From assembly GCF_964204865.1 (NCBI RefSeq), contig NC_135250.1:9486001-9550000 (forward strand): 64,000 nt of DNA, read 5' to 3'. The notes below the pieces were generated by a model, which had not been told where the DNA came from, did no database searches, and saw only the letters and a list, made by a program, of their open reading frames with translations. Below are positions 49,781-64,000 of the stretch, piece after piece; positions within the stretch are counted from its first letter, which is position 1, and every line of letters starts with the position of its first letter. The DNA is from Styela clava. Its lineage: Eukaryota. The position numbers were made by a program, and so were the translations under genes.

Positions 49781-51373
49781 ATGAAAACATTTATAGCTAT
49801 TCTGACCATTAGCGCAGTGTTGTCTCTCACTGCAGCATACAAACCATACTGTCCGTATAAACCTGACTGTTCATTGGTTCTTTGTGCCCTTCCCATCTGT
49901 CCGAAAGGAGTCAAGTATAATACTCCGCGCTGCAGGTAAGGTATATATAGTTATTATTTCATTTACACAAATATATCCCGAGAGGACCCCTCCGTCCCAT
50001 TTTGTACAAAATCTCCCACGAGTTTTCGAAGAAATTAGCTTAGAGCAAGGCCATACGCACTAATTCAGAAATAAAGGAGTTTGATCTCCGAGCAAAGTTA
50101 CTGACGACCACGAAAGTGCCAGGAGCTAAGACTATAAAGAACTATAGTGCACGTTAGTAAGTAATGGTTTCATTACATTTGAACCCACGACAACTGCACC
50201 TGCATACTATTGCACCTATGGAAATATTTTTTGTTTTGCGGATATTTGAACCCATACTAACCCTGCCCATGGGTTTTAGCACCCGCATATAGATTGAACC
50301 CGCGGATATACACATGGGTTCAAATGTACGTGGGTTCAAATGTACGTTCACCGTAAATAATGATTAACAAGAGACCTAGAGCAGTTCATTTCAATACGAC
50401 CAGGAAAACAGCTAAGAGGCAGTCGATTCCACATAACTAAAGTTTCGGCCAAAAAATCTTTTTGTCTCGTATTCACACTGACAGTAAACTGTAAAACGCT
50501 GAAAGTCAACCGGGTGTGATAGCTGATAACTTTTTTGGGTGGGCAGATTCAGAAGAACATAGTTCATTATACCGCTTAGTTGTAATGTTTCGAATATAAC
50601 CTATCCGTTTGAAAACTTCAATATATTTTAGTTTACGTGCGACAATGTCATTTCAATTTCATACTGAACGTTACATTAAAATATTTTTACACGTGTTTCA
50701 GTTGCTGTCCGGTTTGCGGAGGAGGATATGGAGATAAATGTGGAGGAACATATGGAAACTGTAGACCAGGATTGTTCTGTTACAGACCGCTTTGTAAATG
50801 GCATTTGTCCGTTTTGAAACCCGGTGTCTGCATACCTGAATATTCTTACGTGAGTATTGCCTTACTAAAGTCTGAAGTTTCATGTTGGTATGAGCTACTG
50901 ACAAGAAGAGAATATAAACGATAATATTCTCACATTATGAAAACTGAACTGCGTAGAATTTCACTTACGATCCATATTGCACACTTCTTATATCAAATTA
51001 CTACTGTTAGCTTAATTAACTATTAGTTTAAATAGTTGAGTGCGTCGAGGGAGACAATTGAGTAACTTGTGCCACATTATGAATCGCTACGATTTTCTGA
51101 CCTGCTGTTAGCTTTGAGATACATTACGAGACTCAAATAATTGATTATGTCATTTATTAACTTTTTAACATAACTGTCATGTTTTGTAAATGTTAAATTT
51201 ATGACAGTTTTATCATTATTCTTAAACATTTTTGCAATATTTTTCACAAAAGGCAATCCGACTGTAATCGCAATATCTTGAAATTCCGAATATCCGATTT
51301 ATTCCTTTTTTATTTTTATTTTCAGAGTTTCCAGTCAACCATGCCATGCTACATGGATTTTGCACTGCCATAA
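49781..51373 (+). CDS. Small secreted cysteine-rich protein, single IGFBP N-terminal (IB)-like domain, copy 1 (116 aa)
   Basis: Exons 49781-49935, 50702-50849 and 51326-51373 join in phase to give MKTFIAILTISAVLSLTAA-YKPYCPYKPDCSLVLCALPICPKGVKYNTPRCSCCPVCGGGYGDKCGGTYGNCRPGLFCYRPLCKWHLSVLKPGVCIPEYSYSFQSTMPCYMDFALP*. It has a signal peptide, CxCCxxC, C-x-x-G-L-x-C and GVC. Confidence 0.85.
50161..50356. mobile_element. MITE present only in intron of copy 1
   Basis: TIR core TACATTTGAACCC / GGGTTCAAATGTA. The paralogous site in copy 2 (~57936-57952, CACGTTAGTAAATAATG) is empty. Confidence 0.8.
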
Positions 51374-53314
51374 ACCATCTTATGACGATAAAATATATGA
51401 ATGCATCATAACAATATTTATTTGACAAAAAGATTATTGATATAGTGCATTTTGGTGAAATAAATCTGAGTTTGAACAAGTGTCAGTTTTGTCGCAATTT
51501 TGTGCAAACAAATTATCTCTGCTGGGTGTTTGTAAGGTATGGGTTTGAAAATAAACAACGTTTTCCTAAATACGGATATAACATATGTATACGATGTTTC
51601 CAGTGACAGGTATAAATTCAAAACTCTTAGTCGATTTGAGCCACAAAACAAGACACCAAAAGTTGGGTCTGAGTGTAACAAATTTCTGGAATTAAAAGAT
51701 TGTCTAGTTCAGCCGCTGGATTTTTGAGTCACAAGGCCTCAAATCGCGAGCTTCTGCTAATGAGACATATTAGATTTTGTAAGCTAAAGTTAACAAACAA
51801 ATGAGACTCGAATGGAATCCAAATACTTTTTTAATTAATGTTAATTAACAATCTTATATAATTCGTTTTTGGCGTATGTACGACGCGCCGCGCCGACTTA
51901 CCGTTTTAATGTATTAAATTGATAAATGAGTAGGAATGTAAGTTTCAGCTTTTCAAATCGGGGCAATTCGAATCAATATTAATTCGACTCAATTCGAAAA
52001 ATTTAAGAAAAAATGGCTTGATTCTGTTTAAAAAAATTATGATCCAAATAATATGAGGCGATTGCAAGACGCAGCGAATATGGATCGTTTTGTTATTATG
52101 TTTTTGTTATTTGAAACTATTCATATTTTATTGATTATACAAGAGAGAGATGCTCAAATATATAGCCCTAAACCCAAAACGTATCACAGACTCCACGACT
52201 AAGGCAAACGTAACCACCACAAAGTGAGCAAATTTTGATGACGTAATCGCACACAAATAACGAATCCCATAGGGCCCTCATAAATTTTGGAAATAAATAA
52301 AAGTAATAGATTTCTAACGAAAAATACAATCTTCAACTACGGAAAGTTTGAAAGCATTTGGTCTAGTAGTTAATGAGAAAAGCGATTTTTTCACAAGGAG
52401 AGGGAAAAGAGAAGGAATACTAACAACATGATGATCAACAACAACAACATATTAACAAAACTATTCATTGGTCAATTTCGTCTCCAATAAGTGTATGGAT
52501 GGCAACAGACTCTGATAACCACAAAACGTCGTATCTTTGCCTCCCGGTCATATACCAAAAGAATCTGTTTATTTATTACTTATATATATATATGCTTAAA
52601 TAATGTATTTCATGGTTTGACGAATGAAATAACCCCCTCTTACTTTTATTTTGTCCATGTTTATTTCCTTGTTAGTATTTTTTCTCGTTATGAAAAAACG
52701 CCTTTGTTATTAACTACTTGCTTGGAAATTTTCAGTAGGTAAAGATTGTATTTTTCGCTAGAAGGGTATTTTCATTCATTTCCTCAATTTCTGAGGCTGA
52801 TATTATTGTTTCAGTACAGTGCCATTGTAGTTACTCTAGCGTTGTATTTTTGGTTGTTGTCAGGGAATTAGCTATCATCAGTACTGTTTAAAGTGTTTTT
52901 ATTGTGTATATTCTGTTTACTTGCATTGTGCAGCCTGATACTTGTCGCTTTATTGTATGCTTGTCGTTTTGTTTGGAGTATTTGGTTGTGTTGAGAATTG
53001 TTAATTAATAAATAGAACAAAACAGTATAAATTGAAGTGAATATTGAGAGGAAACTTGACGTCAGATCATATTGGAAGATCATCTGAACTTGGATAAATA
53101 TTTCATAGACTGTCGGTACGCTACAAATTTTTGGCGAGAGCACGCCAGGATATCTTCTAAACGTAATATGTCACGCGTAAATAGAAATATGTTTCAGAAT
53201 CCCTTAGTTTTTTGTCACAATGGCTGTTTGGCACTTCTCACACATAACATAGACATGCGCTGAGCGCGTGTTCACAAACGTAGTGGCAAATGTTCTGTCC
53301 AATTTGGCTTTAAC

Positions 53315-53487
53315 CAGTGGTGGGATTCAGTCGGTTCGCACCGGTTCTATAGAACCGTCTCACGGAATTTTATCAGCGAACCGGTTAGCATTATGGTCAC
53401 TGTCAATGTTCTGTTTGTAACAGAACCGGCTGAAAAATATCCTTTTGTGAAGAAACCGGCTGACAAAAAATTTGAATCCCAACACTG
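53315..53487. mobile_element. hAT-type MITE
   Basis: TIRs CAGTGGTGGGATTCA and TGAATCCCAACACTG, TSD GCTTTAAC/GCTATAAC (1 mismatch), repeated GAACCGG motifs. Confidence 0.8.
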
Positions 53488-53497
53488 GCTATAACTA

Positions 53498-54023
53498 CAG
53501 GGAGTCCTCGACTTACGACGTTCTTGAGAAGCGGCGTATCTCGAATTTCAGTGTAAGTCGGAACATTATACTGTACAGTACATAAATTACTCTATACATA
53601 TCGTACTGTATATTAGAAACATCTGTTTTACGCTTTGAGTCCATAACAAAGGGCAAAAAGTTATAAAAAAAAAACGAGCAAAGAAGTCATGAGAAACCTG
53701 GCTCAAACAACCAAAATTGCGTACAGTATCACTGAAACTGTATACCATGTGACTGAAGCTTAGTGATTATTCGTTCATAATCGTAATATGTCGCAATTGT
53801 CTACTCTACGTTATTCACGATGTAAATGACGAAAACCAATGAGCCTAAAGCACTGATTTTCTTGATCACAATGATCCAGTTCAAGGGCTTAGATATTACA
53901 GTACAGTATTATCTTTTATATTTTTATGGAGTGCGTTCGTTACCTCGAAACAGCGTTATGGAGTGCGCGTTCGTAACCTCGAAACAGCGTAAGTCGCGAC
54001 CGTCGTAACCCGAGAACTCCCTG
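53498..54023. mobile_element. pogo/Tigger-type MITE
   Basis: TA-flanked TIRs CAGGGAGTCCTCGACTTACGACG and CGTCGTAACCCGAGAACTCCCTG, with an internal 2x ~32-bp repeat near the right end. Confidence 0.8.
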
Positions 54024-55168
54024 TATATAGTTTGAAATCCGGTAACAATAGTAAGCTCAGCCTTGGAATATCAGAATTTTCTGGGGGCCATATGCCGCAC
54101 CAAAAGAGCCATATATGGCTCGCGAGCCATGGGTTCCCGACCCCTGGCCTAGATCAAACAATCGTCTTTAAGTTTGGCTTGTATGTCGCTGTAGCTAATC
54201 GAAGCAGTTCTTTCATATGATTGTCACTCAGATCAGATCAATGCTTTGATTTCACGTGTTTCAGGGTAGAAAAACACAGCTTCGCAGACGTATGTTGACC
54301 TAAACATTGACAATATCCCAAGCTCTGCTAGTTTGACATTGGGGTATTTTTCCGTTGGCATGATTATCTATACCTCAATGGTCGCTTTTCATAAGAGCAT
54401 TTCGGTTGTCTTCTTCATGGAGATCGATAACTTTCGACTCAGTTGTAGCCTCATCTGAGGGACTGATACTAGAGGGAACTTCAAACTATCCGTCTCAGAA
54501 TTAAACGAGTCGTCGACGACGTAATCTGTAAGGTTTTATCAGCACTTCACTCAAATGGTAAACTGCGCGTTTGCCGCCGAACGTCGTTTTCGATATGATA
54601 ACGACAGCCGTTGTAGTACCGTTGTAGTTATATTTACGGTAGTACAATAAATGGGTTTCATGACAAGTGCAGGTTCAAGTACTTTGTGGCGTCTGAAGCT
54701 GCCGCAAAACCATGGCGGGATTTCCAAACCATGGGAACCTTACCTCAAATCTGGTACATGACTTTGTGGATATACCGGTAATAGCACTATAACCACGGCA
54801 AGAGCTGTCATCGGTTCATTCGTGACAGGAGCTGCCACGAAGTGGTAAGAACTGCGCCTCATAAATGACGTAATAATGGCCGATTGTATTGTAAAGTGAA
54901 TGGCGGCGTTTATGTATCTTCAACGTAAAAGAAGAATGCAGTATGAATCATAATATGCATGTTTAATAGAAATATGATGAACCGTAGTCTGGAGTTCTTT
55001 TTTCCTTAAAATAACCAAGGCAAAAAGAGCCGCATGCGGGCCGCGGGTTGGCCACCCTGATGTGATCAATTATTGTCGTACGGAGATGAAATTAGGCATG
55101 GGGAGATCTTGGCTAACTTGCCGACAATCAGATTTTTTAACAGCAATATCGACGCAGTTTGTCGGAAG

Positions 55169-56363
55169 CAGTATGTTCCCCAGCTTTTTATTTTAGGGGG
55201 GGTGTTTCGAAATTTAGGGGGGTGGTAAATAATTTGCTATTAGAGATAATACTAGGTTATTTGTATTCTTAAAAAAATGGTATGTATTTAAGAAACGATG
55301 TACATGGGGGGCCCTCCAAGTTGATTGGCGGCGAGCCAAAATCCACAGCAGAATAAAATTGTAGGGCCAGAAAAGGGGAGCGAGGAAAAGTGCGGGACGA
55401 CACGGCTGGGAAATTTTGAGAAATAGGCACCAAAATAGGCTCTAAGCTTAATTTTAGATACACCTAGCATCACAGTTTGTTATGTAATGAAATCAATAAT
55501 TATAATATTATAAATTAATAATATTATAATATAGAATTCCCGGGAAATAGATAACAAGCACGGCTTTCAACCGTAAATATATATATACTACTACGTTTCA
55601 ACAAGTAATTTGCAACTGATAGTGACTAATGAAGTTACTTGCTCATCTGGCATTGTATGAATGGCTACTTATGGCTTGTTTTGTTACACATTTCACATTT
55701 TTTTGAACATGTGTGTTTGACTTTTGTATGAATTAAGCAATGAATTAAATTTTGAAATACGCGCGTCAACTGATCATAATGGTGCATAATGTTGTATTCC
55801 TTCAGAACTGAAATATTTTGTTGGTAAGAAGACAAATCGCTGAAGTTTGATTCTTTTCAATAAAGAAATAAAAACGCTGTCATTCATCTAAAAAACGTCT
55901 GTTTTCAGTGCCTAGTTTTCGTTTTGTGACATCTTTAAGCTTTCTTAATTATACGGCAAATATCTAAAATACTGAAGTGTGTAATCCTAATACCCATACG
56001 TATACATAAGATACCGGTATAATTCAATTGTTACGAAATAAACGTGCTTAAACTGTGATAATGATGTAACAATAGACGGTATCTAAAACTCAAAAGGTAC
56101 CACATGAAGGGTTAGCCCGTTAAACTATTTCACTCAAGTTCGGCGGGCCATTTTAAATCGTCACGCCGGCCGTAATTGGCCCGCAGACTGCGGTTTAGAA
56201 CCCCTCATCTACACTGATAAATATGCCATAATCGTTATATTTGAATACAATTATACTTGAGTTAGGAAATAAAGTGTGGAATCGCACCTCAAAATTAGGG
56301 GGGGTGTTTGAAATTTTAGGGGGGGTGTTCACCCCCTATAGGGGGGGTGTAGGGAAATCACTG
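55169..56363. mobile_element. Non-autonomous hAT element (1195 bp) upstream of peptide gene copy 2
   Basis: Perfect 8-bp TSD GTCGGAAG (55161-55168, 56364-56371), imperfect TIRs CAGTATGTTCCC / GGGAAATCACTG, TTAGGGGGGGTG subterminal repeats at both ends, and a nested MITE fragment at ~56130-56205. Confidence 0.85.
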
Positions 56364-57570
56364 GTCGGAAGCACGTCGCTATTACAGCTGCAATGCCACC
56401 GCCTAACCTAATTCTTGGGTAAATCGGGAGGAATTGATTTGTGGTTTAACCACTTGGGAAAAGTGAGATTTTCCGAGTTTTTAACAGTTTGATTAAATTC
56501 AAGAAAACAGGATGCTTGTGAAATACACGAAAGCGTAATATCTTATGTTCAAAGATCCAAATACCAAATTATAAGTATATATATTATGTTTAATCGATGC
56601 ATTTATATCAAATCGAAAGAGAAACCTAATCAAAAACGAAAATTGGAATGACATTTATTATTATTTGACGAATGGGAAATAAACAGTTTAATATCTAAAA
56701 TCTAAATTATTAGCTTTATTTCAATTTCAAAAAAATAAACATGATAATTTCGCGACAAAACGGTTTCATTTACGAGAAAGACTGGTACTTTAAAGAAGTA
56801 GAATTTCTACGAAATGTGTTACACTGTAGGGAAGTCGACGACCCAGTGCCATTAATTATAATTATAACTCATTATGTATATACGTTTAATTTATGAGTTT
56901 CGTCAGAATTAAAATTATACGCAATTTTAACTACGAATGATTAATTTATGGAAAAATTAATATCAATTTTTCATTTAATGTATTCCTGAATAAAAAGGCA
57001 AAATACTTCCGAGACTCGTTAACATGACTGGCTATTCTTGATGTGGTAACGCAAATTGAAAAAAAGTTGTGCGTAATTGCTGGAATTTGACGTCTAACGC
57101 AAGTATATTTTGCAAGATTTTTCATAGTGAAATAGTATAAAATGACAACACACCACAATATTCAGACAGCATTGCAAGTTGTCTTCCGACATGACAAAGA
57201 TTGCTGTGTAGATGTAGGGCTACGGATCGCGAGAATTATGAAATAAATGACTGAATTAAATTTAAAAGTCTTGAAAAATTGAGCTATATATCATAAACAT
57301 CAATCGACTATATGTATTTCATATCGTTTCTCGATCGTATAGCCAATTTGTTATTGTAATTTACCTCATTGCATGTAATGTTTTGCACGATTAGGGTAGT
57401 TTAAAGCGATTTGTGCATGTTCTCTCTGTTATCTACCCAATATAATATTTGATTTCGTACTTCTAAGATAATATTCACTATATTTTTGTATCACAGCTTT
57501 GAAAGCAGAGGTTATCTTAGCTTTGAACTTTTGTTCGAAGAAGGCTGAATATAGTAATAATATCGTAAAC

Positions 57571-58917
57571 ATGAAAACATTCATAGCTATTCTTGCCGTT
57601 TGCTCAGTGTTGTCTGTCACTGCAGCATACAAACCATACTGTCCGTATAATAAACCTGACTGTTCATTGGTTCGCTGTGCCCTTCCCCTTTGTCCGGAAG
57701 GAGTCAAGTATCATTATCCACGCTGCAGGTAAGTTATATATATTTATTACTTCATTTACACAAATACAGTCCGAGAGTATCCCTTCGTCCCATTTTGTAC
57801 AACATCTCTAAAACAATTTTTGAACAAGTAAGGTCACGCGTACTAATTCAAAAATAAAGGAGATTGATCTCCGAGCAAAGTTACTGACGAACACGAAAGT
57901 ACAAGGAGCTGCTAAGACTATAAAAAACTATAGTGCACGTTAGTAAATAATGATTAACGAGAGACCTAGATCAGTTCATTCCAATCCGACCAGAAAAAAG
58001 CTAAGAGGCAGTCGATTACACATAACTAAAGTTTCGGCTAAAAATCTTTTTGTCTGGTATGCACACTGACAGTAAACTGGAAAACGCTGAAAGTCAACCG
58101 GGTGTGATAGCGGATAACTTTTTTGGGTGGGCAGATTCAGAAGAACATAGTTCGTTATAACGCTTAGCTGTAATGTTTCACATGTTACCTATCCGTTTGA
58201 AAACTTTAATATGTTTTAGTTTACGTGCAACAATGTCATTTCAATTTCGTACTGAACGTTACGTTAAAATATTTTTACACGTGTTTCAGTTGCTGTCCGG
58301 TTTGCGGAGGAGGATATGGAGATAAATGTGGAGGAACATATGGAAACTGTAGACCAGGATTGATCTGTTACAGACCGCTTTGTAAATGGCATTTGTCCGT
58401 AGTGAAACCCGGTGTCTGCATATATGAATATTCCTACGTGAGTATTGTCTTCTGTACTAAAGTCTGAATTTATGAGCTACTGACAAGGAGAGTAAATATA
58501 AACGATAATATCCTCACATTACGAAAACTGAACTGCGTAAAAGTTTACTTGCGATCCATATTGTACACTTCTTATATCAAATTGCTACTGTTAGCTTAAT
58601 TAACTGTTAGTTTAAATAGGTGAGTGCGTTGAGGGAGACAATTGAGTAGCGTGTGTCACATTTTCATCGCTACGATTTTCAGACCAAGTTTTTAACAATA
58701 TATTAAAACCATGCGTGTCTTTTCATAACTGTCATCATTTTTCAAATATTAAATTTATGGCAGTTTTCTCATTATTCTTAAAGACATTTCAGTAATATTT
58801 TTTGCAAAAAACTGTAGCCAAAATATCTTGAAATTTCGATTAACTCAATTATTCCTTTTTTATTTTCAGAGTTTCCAATCAATCACTCCATGCTACTTGG
58901 ATTTTGCACTGCCATAA
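57571..58917 (+). CDS. Small secreted cysteine-rich protein, single IB-like domain, copy 2 (117 aa)
   Basis: Exons 57571-57728, 58290-58437 and 58870-58917 give MKTFIAILAVCSVLSVTAA-YKPYCPYNKPDCSLVRCALPLCPEGVKYHYPRCSCCPVCGGGYGDKCGGTYGNCRPGLICYRPLCKWHLSVVKPGVCIYEYSYSFQSITPCYLDFALP*. All splice sites and 14 mature Cys are conserved. Confidence 0.85.
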
Positions 58918-60535
58918 ACAAACTTATGACAATAAAATATTTGAATGAACCATAACAATATTTATTTGACAAAGAGATTATTGATATAGTGAATTTTTGT
59001 GAAATAAATCTGAGTATGAACGAGTGTCAGTACTGTTGCAATTTTGTGCGAATAAATTATCTCTGCTGGGTGTTTGTATGAGTTTGAAAATGAACAACGC
59101 TTTCCTAAGTACGGAAATAACATATACGATACGATGTTGCCAGTGACATGTATAAATAAAAAAACTCTTGGTCGATTTGAGGCACAAGACAAACACCAAA
59201 AGTTGGGTCAGAGTGCAACAAATATTTAAAATTAAAGATTGTCTAGTTCAGCCACTGCACTTTTGAATCGCGAGTCGCGAGCTTCTGCGAATGAGACATA
59301 TCAGGTTAGGACATAATTAGGTTAAAAATAAGGCTCAAATGGAATCCAAATACTTGAATTTTACCAATCTCATTTAAGTCAATTTTGACGTACGTACGAC
59401 CTACCACGCCGACTCACCATTTAAATGTTTTAAATAATTGATAAATAATTAGGGATGTAAGTTTCAGCTTTTTGAATCGGGGCAATTCGAATCAACATCA
59501 AAGAATAGACGATGTTTGTAGATATTCAAAATGTATTACAGAAACACACAGTCATCGACTGAAGCATCAACAAAAGAAGAAGGGAGAGAGAAACCAAGGT
59601 CACTCATGCATGAAGTAATGGGAGCCATAATACAGTATACCACATACTGGTGAAATTGCTTTAAAATTTCCATTAGCTGAAGATTGTATTCGCTAGAAGG
59701 CTATGACTTCCATTTATTCCAACAATTTCTGTGGATGCTATGGGATTTGTTTGTATTTGCGATGACGTCACAAAAATTAAAAATTTCGATTCTTGTGGCG
59801 ATAGTCGATTGTGGCAGATTGAATACCCTAGTTCGTTTTGGTGTTCGTGTTCATATATTAGACTTTGTTTAGTTTAGACCGGTATGTTAGTCGTTGGTTT
59901 AGACTTAGAGCATACTTAAAGAATTGACTACTTAAGATGCTGAAAAGTTTTACAAATATATCATTACATAAACGCTTCTTTAAAGTACCAATACACTATC
60001 AATATAATAACAGCAATATTCATTATTAAAGACATAGGTCTGCGATGTTTCCTTCGTAATCTTTGTTTCTTTTAAAACCATGGCACGAACGGCATGAAAG
60101 CACATTCAAATACTGTTCATTATTTGGGTGAATTTTGAAGGGAAATATAAGAAGAAAACGATCACTACAATACAACGTACAATAAAAATGAACATGTAAC
60201 TGTATGTAGCTCTTTGTAACAAAAATAACCTTTCTATTCGAAACTTAAATTCCTATAAATGAGCAATTAAGTTTTTACAATTGAAAATAATGAACAAACT
60301 AATAAGAAAAAAATACAACATTAAAAAAAGAAAGCAAGATTTTAAAATTTCGTTCGCTTGAAATTTTTTTCTCAAAAAATTATATTCTCACATTCCCGCA
60401 AAATTTATTTTCGACAAACGCTGGACTTTCGCGAAAAGTGTAGTGGCATAGCGCCATCTCGCGAAAGTATGACGAGCATGTACAAATTAGCTAAAGGGCG
60501 CAAATTATTCTTAACGTTGACGAGATTTGCCGCTG

Positions 60536-60547
60536 TTCCTTCTTTTC
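60536..60547 (+). promoter_or_regulatory. Polypyrimidine initiator (TCT/5'TOP) of RPS4
   Basis: TTCCTTCTTTTC ~20 nt before the ATG, as typical of ribosomal protein genes. TTTCGCGAAA and GCCATCTCGCGAAA motifs lie upstream at 60427-60466. Confidence 0.65.
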
Positions 60548-60563
60548 ATTTAGGAGGTGCATA

Positions 60564-63555
<2,992 letters not shown>

Positions 63556-64000
63556 GTGAGCTGTTGTATTATCAAGTGCTCAAAGACAGTCTTTGGCTTA
63601 AAATTTTATGATTTTTGTTACATGAAATGTATGTTGGTTTGTCAGCTGTACCCCTCAGCACTTATTTGTTTAAAAAATGAAATAGAAGTATTGCCCACAG
63701 ATAAACCGGTTAGGGGATGTAAATCGTAATTTGTAGAGTGTAAGGCGTCTTTGATTTTTTTGGAAAAGAAAATGGAACTTTGTCATTGGTGGAATATTTT
63801 CAGTTGCATAATAATCTAGCAGCTCGACACTAAAATGAATGCCTTTCTCATCTAGAATATTGAACAATAACATCCGTCCCGTTTTTTCGTATTCCATCTC
63901 GGTGTGAAAACGCATTTTGTGGATAGACTGTTAAATTTTATTTGACTGGTGTATTTTATTAAATCTGTACGCAAGATGTCTGTATAGTGGAATTAACATT

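Larger units (their letters stand above)
48110..59495 (+). repeat. Tandem segmental duplication carrying the Cys-rich peptide gene
   Basis: ~48700-51976 aligns with ~56510-59495 across promoter, exons, introns and 3' flank. A further homology block ~48112-48188 matches ~55064-55141. Confidence 0.9.

Noticed and set aside
52138-52490. Possible Helentron/DINE-like non-autonomous repeat with CAA microsatellite tail
   Set aside because: Single copy in the window, and the termini cannot be defined by eye.

Overview
This is AT-rich, intron-containing animal DNA. Protein similarity and gene compactness suggest an invertebrate chordate such as an ascidian, but that is inference. Gene order: ceramide synthase 1-like (-, last exon not located); IQUB (+, 15 exons, long acidic repeat N-terminus); thimet oligopeptidase/neurolysin-like M3 peptidase (-, ~15 exons, one GC-AG intron, mitochondrial presequence with a second in-frame ATG), lying head-to-head 287 bp from UPRT (+); LYSMD3/4-like (-); a complete 3.0-kb hAT transposon whose transposase is broken by one stop codon; a tandem duplication carrying two intact, diverging genes for small secreted 14-cysteine single-IGFBP-domain peptides; and RPS4 (+, running off the right edge) with a candidate intronic H/ACA snoRNA. 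Introns and spacers hold many MITEs (several with clear TSDs), a Foldback/MULE-like element and tRNA-derived SINEs. The most interesting observations are the paralogous Cys-rich peptide pair, a possible splice-acceptor switch controlling mitochondrial versus cytosolic oligopeptidase, and the near-intact hAT element. Exon boundaries were read by eye and may be off by a few bases.
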